Assembly: GCA_021513695.1 (NCBI GenBank)
Contig: CP084166.1
Location: 2,432,001-2,496,000 of the forward strand
Source of the DNA: Candidatus Heimdallarchaeum aukensis
GTDB lineage: Archaea; Asgardarchaeota; Heimdallarchaeia; Heimdallarchaeales; Heimdallarchaeaceae
DNA length: 64,000 bases
Reading direction: 5' to 3'
In this document: one piece after another, positions 58,263 to 64,000 of the stretch
How the letters are laid out: each line of letters starts with the position of its first letter
Position numbering within the stretch: position 1 is the first letter of the stretch
Translations under genes and position numbers: made by a program
The notes under the pieces: model-generated
Seen by the model: the letters and a program-made list of their open reading frames with translations, nothing else
Told to the model about the DNA's origin: nothing
The model's database searches: none

Positions 58263-58988
58263 CTAATCATCATCTTGTAATTTTTTTTCATCTTTTTTTC
58301 TTACCCTATCTGTGAATTTAGCCAATCTGTTGTATATAAAATTGCCAAAAAGTTTCTCGATTATTGCTGGAGGAAGACCTTCTTTTTTCCTATTTAGTAT
58401 AAGTTGAGAATAGATATCATCAAAAGAATTAACAAAACCTTTATCCTCAACTATCCAGTGTTGTAAGACAACAAGGTCGTTTTTCCCATCCCAGTCAATG
58501 GTGGGAATTTGCTCTTTTGTTATTTTACCTTGTTTAAGCAAAGATTCATACAAAGCTTTGTCTAAAAGTGATTCACAAGAAATCCACAGGTTGTCCAAAA
58601 AACATTCACACCAAAAGTGGCTAGCTTGATTAGAAATTTTATTGTAAACAAAATTAGGAACAAGTGGTTTTAGAAATTCCTTTAAAGCTGATGATACTCT
58701 GAGCCTAGAAGGAATACCAACAGCTCGAAGAAAAGCCATATGAAGAGAAGTCTTATTTGCACATTCACCATAACCTTTTTTCAAAGTCCTAGAAGCTCGA
58801 GCATCAACATTTGAAATGCCAAACTTAATATTATCTCTTACCCAATAAAAAATCCTTAAAGCTTTATCAAGTTGAGTAGTTGCTCCCTCTACAATCTCAA
58901 TAACTTTATCTTGGATAACAGGATTGTTAAAATCACAACTTCGTGTGGGTTGGAGAAAAAGTTCTAGATCATTGTTAATTTTATGCAT
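58263..58988 (-). CDS. transglutaminase-like cysteine protease superfamily protein
   Basis: The core GYGECANKTSLHMAFLRAVGIPSRL has the Cys nucleophile. Downstream His (QASHFWCE) and Asp residues follow. Confidence 0.7.
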   Translation of the reverse strand: MHKINNDLELFLQPTRSCDFNNPVIQDKVIEIVEGATTQLDKALRIFYWVRDNIKFGISNVDARASRTLKKGYGECANKTSLHMAFLRAVGIPSRLRVSSALKEFLKPLVPNFVYNKISNQASHFWCECFLDNLWISCESLLDKALYESLLKQGKITKEQIPTIDWDGKNDLVVLQHWIVEDKGFVNSFDDIYSQLILNRKKEGLPPAIIEKLFGNFIYNRLAKFTDRVRKKDEKKLQDDD

Positions 58989-59247
58989 ATCTAGTCATCT
59001 TTTCTGTAAAAAAGTATGCGTTCCTATTCTTATATCTTTTGAAAAATTTAAAGATGTTTGGAAGGTTTAAAGAGACGCAAGCCTAAAAAAATTCTTCTGT
59101 GCTAATTTAAATTAAAATAAGAAGTCTTCTATAAATTTTTTTTGCCAATGGGTACTTTTCCGATTATCTCTCTTCGATAGCTGAAGTTTAAGTATTAAGT
59201 TTAAATTGATAAAATTGAAAAGAAAAAATGGAAAATACTATAAACAT

Positions 59248-59376
59248 TCATCTTTTATTTTTAGCTGCTGCACGTTGAGCTCTGGATTTAAAAGCTTGGT
59301 TTTTTCCTGTCTTATCTGCATGGCTTTGTATTCGTCTCGCAGCTTTACTGGTCATAGGTTTTGTTTTCTTTGTCAT
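59248..59376 (-). CDS. small lysine/arginine-rich ORF (42 aa), not in the ORF track
   Basis: My translation is MTKKTKPMTSKAARRIQSHADKTGKNQAFKSRAQRAAAKNKR. It is GC-richer than its surroundings, and the listed plus ORF 59206..59406 is its probable shadow. Confidence 0.25.
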   Translation of the reverse strand: MTKKTKPMTSKAARRIQSHADKTGKNQAFKSRAQRAAAKNKR

Positions 59377-59462
59377 GTTATCACCTTTTTAATAATGTCT
59401 TTGTAAAAAAAGTAAAAAAATATTCTCTCTTAAAGTAAAAATTGCTTTTTTATTATAAAAAT

Positions 59463-60110
59463 TTAATTTGCAATTGTAAAGTATTTAGCAGCGAATCTGC
59501 CTGCATTTGTTAATTTAATAATATTATTTCTTCCTTCTTTTTTATTTTCAATGAGATTCTCTTTTTCAAGTTTATTTATATAATAACTTACAAGTTGAGG
59601 TCTTATATTCAGAACATCACTGATCTCTGAATTAGCTGAACAAATTTTTCCTCCTCTTTCAAGTATGAGTGTAAGTATTTTTTTGGCATTATCTTTTATG
59701 TCATCTAATTGGACTTTTGGAATGGGAAGCTTAATTATTCTATCACTTAATGGATCATTATTTTTTGGTTCTTTAATATAATAAATCTCTGAACCAGAAA
59801 AAAATCCTGCTATTACACCAGCTGATGACATGATTTTTGTACCTCCTGTAATGTTTATGTGGATTCTATTACCAATGTTCTTCTTGATAATACTAAGAAT
59901 TTTAACTACAACATCTTCTAAATCAAATTTATCAACTTCAACTAATGTACAATTAATAAATAGTTTTTCAGTTAGTGCTCTAATTGAATTAGCCTCTGTT
60001 TTTGATCCTTCATTGTAAAGAAGAAATATATCATCAATTTGATATGCATTTATTCCTTCAATTATTGGTTTTGGTGTCAATCCAACTGTCATAATATGTA
60101 CATTTCGCAT
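59463..60110 (-). CDS. Csa3-like CARF-domain + winged-HTH transcriptional regulator
   Basis: It has an N-terminal Rossmann-like CARF core (MTVGLTPKPII...IFLLYNEGS...RIHINITGGTKIMSSAGVIAG) and a C-terminal wHTH (ISDVLNIRPQLVSYYINKLEKENLIENKKEGRNNIIKLTNAG). It is divergent from the viperin gene. Confidence 0.55.
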   Translation of the reverse strand: MRNVHIMTVGLTPKPIIEGINAYQIDDIFLLYNEGSKTEANSIRALTEKLFINCTLVEVDKFDLEDVVVKILSIIKKNIGNRIHINITGGTKIMSSAGVIAGFFSGSEIYYIKEPKNNDPLSDRIIKLPIPKVQLDDIKDNAKKILTLILERGGKICSANSEISDVLNIRPQLVSYYINKLEKENLIENKKEGRNNIIKLTNAGRFAAKYFTIAN

Positions 60111-60216
60111 GATTTAGATAATGAAAAAATATTTAAAAATATATGGTTGTATAATACAAAATTTTTTTTAATTATAAAAATAAAATTTTTAATATTGGGT
60201 TATTATAACATTATCT

Positions 60217-61095
60217 ATGAATTCCGGATTAATCGATAGGGAAACAATAAGAATGCAATCTCGTAAGTTAGTAAGTGTTAACTGGCATCTGTGGCCAAGA
60301 TGCATGAATAATTGTTCTTTTTGTTTTGGAAGATTTAATGAGATTAAAACGACCTTAAATAGAGAAAATGCGCTAAGAATTTTAAGAATCCTAGTAGATA
60401 GTGGAACTGAAAAAATTTCTTTTACAGGAGGAGAACCATTATTATGCCCTCATTTGGGAGAGTTGATAAAAGAAAGTCATAATTTAGGCTTAACAACAAT
60501 GTTGATAACAAGTGGTACAATTCTAAATACAAAATTTATTGAAGAACATCATAGGTATTTAGATTGGATCGCCTTGAGTGTTGATAGTTCAAATGAGCAT
60601 ATCCAAAAACAATTAGGAAGAGGAAACGGAAATCATGTTCACAAGATTAAAAAATTATCAAAAGATATACATTCCTATAATATCAATTTAAAAATTAATA
60701 CAGTAGTAACAAAACTTAACTGGAATGAGGACATGACTGAATTTATAGAAGAAATTGCCCCTGTTAGATGGAAAGTTTTTCAAGTCCTAAAGATTGTGGG
60801 ACAAAATGATGGTACAATAGATCAGTTGCTTATTTCTGAAGAAGAATTCAATGTTTTCGTTAAAACCCACAATCATCTGAAACCAGTAGTAGAATCTAAT
60901 AAAGATATGAAAGGCTCTTATATAATGTTAGATGCATTAGGTAGATTCTTTCAAAATTCTAATGGTTACTTACAATATAGTCAATCTATATTGGAAATTG
61001 ATCCAATAAAGGCTATTATACAGGTGGGTTGGGATTATAACAAATTTATAAAAAGAGGTGGATTATACAATTGGAATATAAAAGGGGGAGGTTAA
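60217..61095 (+). CDS. prokaryotic viperin (pVip; radical SAM ddh-nucleotide synthase homolog of RSAD2)
   Basis: It has VNWHLWPRCMNNCSFCFG (CxxxCxxC), KISFTGGEPLL, LDWIALSVDSSNE...GRGNGNHV, INLKINTVVTKLNWNEDMTEFIEEIAPVRWKVFQVL, DMKGSYIMLDALGRFF and KRGGLYNWN. This is a near motif-for-motif match to eukaryotic viperin. Confidence 0.85.
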   Translation: MNSGLIDRETIRMQSRKLVSVNWHLWPRCMNNCSFCFGRFNEIKTTLNRENALRILRILVDSGTEKISFTGGEPLLCPHLGELIKESHNLGLTTMLITSGTILNTKFIEEHHRYLDWIALSVDSSNEHIQKQLGRGNGNHVHKIKKLSKDIHSYNINLKINTVVTKLNWNEDMTEFIEEIAPVRWKVFQVLKIVGQNDGTIDQLLISEEEFNVFVKTHNHLKPVVESNKDMKGSYIMLDALGRFFQNSNGYLQYSQSILEIDPIKAIIQVGWDYNKFIKRGGLYNWNIKGGG

Positions 61096-61101
61096 ATATC
61101 T

Positions 61102-63888
61102 ATGTCAGTTCTTTATTATGAAAACCTGGAGGAAAAATTACCCGAAAAAGTAGTAGAATCAATTATGTGGTCTACTTTGCACGGTATTAAACCTTATTTA
61201 GAGTTTATTGATAGAATTGTCCGTTCTGCTATTGAAGAAAGAATTAGTATAGAAATAGAAAAGTATGATATAACTGAATTAATTTTAGAAGAGACAGAAA
61301 TTAACAAAAATATAGATAAAATTAATGAAGAAGTTATTGCGGATTATAAAGTATTACTGAAAGAAAAGAGATTAAGTAGGCAATTAAGAAAAGTTATTAA
61401 ATTAGTTGAAAAAGGTGTTGGTGTCTTATATCGCTTTGTTGAACCAAATAATGATATGGAATTGGAAAATTATGACCTAATCAAAGAACGTTTTTTGGAT
61501 GCTGATAAAGTTTTTCCACACAGAAAACTTGAATATCAGCATACTATTCGTGTTTTAGATACTTATCCTCCTCTTGATTTACTTGTGTTAAAAAAGAAGG
61601 ATATTAAAAAAAGCAAGCAGAAAATGAGAATATACCAAAGAGCAAATCTTTATCAGTATGGTGTAATAAAAGAATCGCTGGAACAACTATTAAACAGACC
61701 TTTAAAGCACAATAGAAATTTAATAAGATTATTTGAAAATGTCAAACATGTCCGTTTTGGTGATGTAATTCCTCACAAAATAAAAGAAGATGAGTGGTTA
61801 TTTCTTACGGATAAAAATCGTGTAGGAAGCCAAGATCAAAGAAAATTTGTTCAAATTGCCTTGGGGACGCCTGATCTGGCAATATTAGAAGGGCCTCCAG
61901 GTTCAGGAAAAACTACAACTATTTGTGAATTAATTTATCAAGGATTAAGACGTGGTTTAAAAATTCTATTGGTTGCATCAACTCATGTGGCTGTAGATAA
62001 TGTTTTAGAAAAATTAATGGATGAAAATTCTCCTATCTATGATGAAATAAAAAAAGTAGTCTTACCTGTTCGAATTGGAAAAACAGATAGAATATCTGAT
62101 CTAGCTACCATGTATCAAGTAGACACCTACTGGGAATCTGAAAAGGAGAAATTAAAAGATAAATTGCGTAAATTAAAAAATAAAACAGAATCTCAAAAAA
62201 TGCTGTTAGATCTATTAGATGATAAGGAAAAAGGCACATCTGATTATATGAAAAGAGTTTTCATAAAAGCTGCTAATTTAGTATGTGGAACAACAATAGG
62301 TATTCTTCGACATCCTGAAATAGAAAAAAGAAAAAAAGATAGAAAAATTACATCTACGAAACCTTATGACCTTCTTATTTTAGATGAAGCTAGTAAAACA
62401 ACCTTTCAAGAGTTTATTGTACCTGCTTTGTTAGCTAAGAAATATATTATAGTTGGGGATATTAGACAATTACCTCCTTATGTTGATGAGGATGGTATAA
62501 TTAGTAATATCCCCTCGATAACAGATTTAGAAAGCAAATTTGCTACATTGATTCATAATCTTAAAGAAGCTCAGAAGCGCAATTTATTCCCTGTTAAATG
62601 TATATTACAAATAAGTAATGACCTAAAAGATAATGATTTAGAAATAATTGAAAAGTTTACGATTAATAATGTACCATTTTATTATCTAAAAAAAGAGAAG
62701 AAAGTAGACTTATACAAACTTATGGGTTCCTCTTTGTTAATAGGAACGAAAGAAAATTTACAAAAACAAGAATCTCTGTTACCTTTAGGAATAAATTGTG
62801 TGTGCGAAGGAAACTCCTCTGCATTAGTTCCATTAAATGAATCTAAGACATTTGTAGATTTTACAATTTGGAAGAGAAAACATAATGCGATTTCATCTTT
62901 GAGGCAACCAATAAACTTACGATTTTACAATGATGAATCTTTAACTGAAGCAATAGGCTGGCGCTTAATAAGGGATTTTGAATTAAGATATGTTGATAAT
63001 GATAGATATTGGAAACAAATAGAAACATTTATCCCAGAGTACTGGGATGAAAAAAGAAAGAGAGATTTTATTAACAGACTATTTCAAATAAAGAGGTTAG
63101 CTTTTCCATCGATAATTGAATTATTGCAAAAAGGTTTCCAAAGAAGCAAAAAACAAAAAGAATTAGATATCGGTTTGATTATAACTGATGGATTACCTAA
63201 AAAAATATTACAAGAACGCCATGTTATATTAAAATATCAACAAAGGATGCATCCTGAGATATCTGCATTTCCTAGAAACAATTTTTATAATAATGAAGCA
63301 CTCCGTGATCTGCCTGAAATTGAGAAAAACAGAGTTTTTGAATATCCAAATTATAAAAATAGAACAATCTGGGTAGATGTTCGGTTAAACAAAGAAGAAC
63401 AAAAAGAAATGAAAAAAAATATGAATAGAAATAAAAAAGAGGCTAAAGTAATTATTGATGAGCTAAAAGATTTACTTGATTGGATGTCTAAAAATAGGAA
63501 ACGTGATGGAAAACCATGGATTATAGCTATTCTTCCGTTTTATAAAGGTCAAGAAAAACTAATTAGAAAAAAACTTCAATCTTATTTTAAAAGTAAACGA
63601 GTAAGAACATTTTATTGTATAGAAAAAAATGCAATAGTTGAGCTTTGTGCTGTTGATAGGTTCCAAGGGCATGAAGCTGATATTATTTTTCTATCTTTTG
63701 TAAGGAATCGTAGCACTGGTATTGGTTTTTTGGATACTCCAAATAGACTTAATGTTGCGCTAACAAGAGCTAAATATCAGTTGGTGATAGTAGGAGACAA
63801 ACAATACTTCGAAAAATTTCAAAAGAGATCAGAAATCTTGCAAAAACTTGCAGAAGAAACACCTCTAAAAGCAAAGTATAGGATCTGA
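61102..63888 (+). CDS. Upf1/MOV10-like superfamily-1 helicase (AAA_11/AAA_12, COG1112-type) with ~260-aa uncharacterised N-terminal domain
   Basis: It has Walker A GPPGSGKTTT, motif II ILDEASK, motif III IIVGDIRQLPP, motif IV-like QRMHPEISAFPRNNFY, motif V VDRFQGHEADIIFLSFVRN and motif VI LNVALTRAKYQLVIVGD. A strong SD (GGGGGAGGT) lies within the viperin stop region 6 nt upstream. Confidence 0.8.
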   Translation: MSVLYYENLEEKLPEKVVESIMWSTLHGIKPYLEFIDRIVRSAIEERISIEIEKYDITELILEETEINKNIDKINEEVIADYKVLLKEKRLSRQLRKVIKLVEKGVGVLYRFVEPNNDMELENYDLIKERFLDADKVFPHRKLEYQHTIRVLDTYPPLDLLVLKKKDIKKSKQKMRIYQRANLYQYGVIKESLEQLLNRPLKHNRNLIRLFENVKHVRFGDVIPHKIKEDEWLFLTDKNRVGSQDQRKFVQIALGTPDLAILEGPPGSGKTTTICELIYQGLRRGLKILLVASTHVAVDNVLEKLMDENSPIYDEIKKVVLPVRIGKTDRISDLATMYQVDTYWESEKEKLKDKLRKLKNKTESQKMLLDLLDDKEKGTSDYMKRVFIKAANLVCGTTIGILRHPEIEKRKKDRKITSTKPYDLLILDEASKTTFQEFIVPALLAKKYIIVGDIRQLPPYVDEDGIISNIPSITDLESKFATLIHNLKEAQKRNLFPVKCILQISNDLKDNDLEIIEKFTINNVPFYYLKKEKKVDLYKLMGSSLLIGTKENLQKQESLLPLGINCVCEGNSSALVPLNESKTFVDFTIWKRKHNAISSLRQPINLRFYNDESLTEAIGWRLIRDFELRYVDNDRYWKQIETFIPEYWDEKRKRDFINRLFQIKRLAFPSIIELLQKGFQRSKKQKELDIGLIITDGLPKKILQERHVILKYQQRMHPEISAFPRNNFYNNEALRDLPEIEKNRVFEYPNYKNRTIWVDVRLNKEEQKEMKKNMNRNKKEAKVIIDELKDLLDWMSKNRKRDGKPWIIAILPFYKGQEKLIRKKLQSYFKSKRVRTFYCIEKNAIVELCAVDRFQGHEADIIFLSFVRNRSTGIGFLDTPNRLNVALTRAKYQLVIVGDKQYFEKFQKRSEILQKLAEETPLKAKYRI

Positions 63889-63892
63889 AATT

Positions 63893-64000
63893 ATGAAAAT
63901 ACTATTAAGAAAAAAAATATCTATAGAATCGTATTGTGTGCAAATGAGCGTTTTTGTTAGCGAAGAACGACCAGAAATAATCCCACTATTAAAAGGAGTG
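63893..64000 (+). CDS. hypothetical protein, 3' partial at the window edge
   Basis: An ATG at 63893 opens MKILLRKKISIESYCVQMSVFVSEERPEIIPLLKG..., which runs off the window. Confidence 0.25.
   Translation, partial: MKILLRKKISIESYCVQMSVFVSEERPEIIPLLKGV

Noticed and set aside
59206-59406. Listed plus-strand ORF of 66 aa
   Set aside because: It is Cys/Phe/Ser-rich junk-like sequence lying antisense to a more plausible basic 42-aa ORF.
60111-60216. Specific operator palindrome in the CARF-regulator/viperin divergent intergenic region
   Set aside because: The region is almost pure A/T with several imperfect palindromes (for example atatttaaaaatat). In this composition such matches are expected by chance, so I did not call a binding site.
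1-64000. CRISPR array or cas genes near the Csa3-like CARF regulator
   Set aside because: No direct-repeat/spacer periodicity was found anywhere in the window. The only tandem repeats are an 11-bp microsatellite, a 15-nt coding repeat and a 276-bp coding duplication.
1-64000. tRNA or rRNA genes
   Set aside because: I scanned the intergenic GC-rich patches (14975-15075, 48096-48290, 35539-35676) for acceptor/T-arm patterns such as GTTCRAATC. None was present, and no rRNA-like conserved blocks were seen.

Overview
This is an AT-rich (~30% GC) 64-kb window that looks archaeal, possibly Asgard-like. That assignment is inference from content only: an RPA-like OB-fold protein, a beta-CASP RNase, a Csa3-like regulator, TTG/GTG starts with a GGAGG Shine-Dalgarno motif, and eukaryote-like signatures (AN1 zinc finger, roadblock/V4R domains, viperin, Upf1-like helicase). 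Housekeeping genes include a 5' partial formate-THF ligase, a DRG/Obg GTPase, a DEAD-box helicase, an SPFH stomatin, an HPS/OMPDC-family enzyme and a TauE/SafE exporter. A carbohydrate-active set is scattered through the window: GH3 beta-glucosidase, GH31 alpha-glucosidase and two clan GH-A-like secreted hydrolases with C-terminal membrane anchors.

Four things stand out:
(1) 59463-63888: a divergently encoded Csa3-like CARF-wHTH regulator next to an operon of a prokaryotic viperin (radical SAM, near-motif-for-motif match to eukaryotic viperin) translationally coupled to a Upf1/MOV10-like SF1 helicase. This is a candidate undescribed antiviral module.
(2) 24897-28579: a three-gene operon of a small protein, a Rad50/SbcC-like zinc-hook ATPase and a PIN-domain protein in place of the usual Mre11/SbcD nuclease.
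(3) 51698-52723: a GC-rich IS4/IS5-superfamily insertion sequence with perfect 26-bp terminal inverted repeats and a transposase broken over three frames.
(4) 51088-58128: a neighbourhood of fragmented and partly inverted family-5 solute-binding-protein genes.

I also report two unlisted small zinc-ribbon ORFs, tandem paralogous membrane-protein genes, an in-gene 276-bp tandem duplication, a GC-rich structured island (48096-48290) and a pRiA4b ORF-3-like gene. No tRNA, rRNA or CRISPR array was found. All homology calls come from motif recognition by eye and need confirmation by HMM or structure search.
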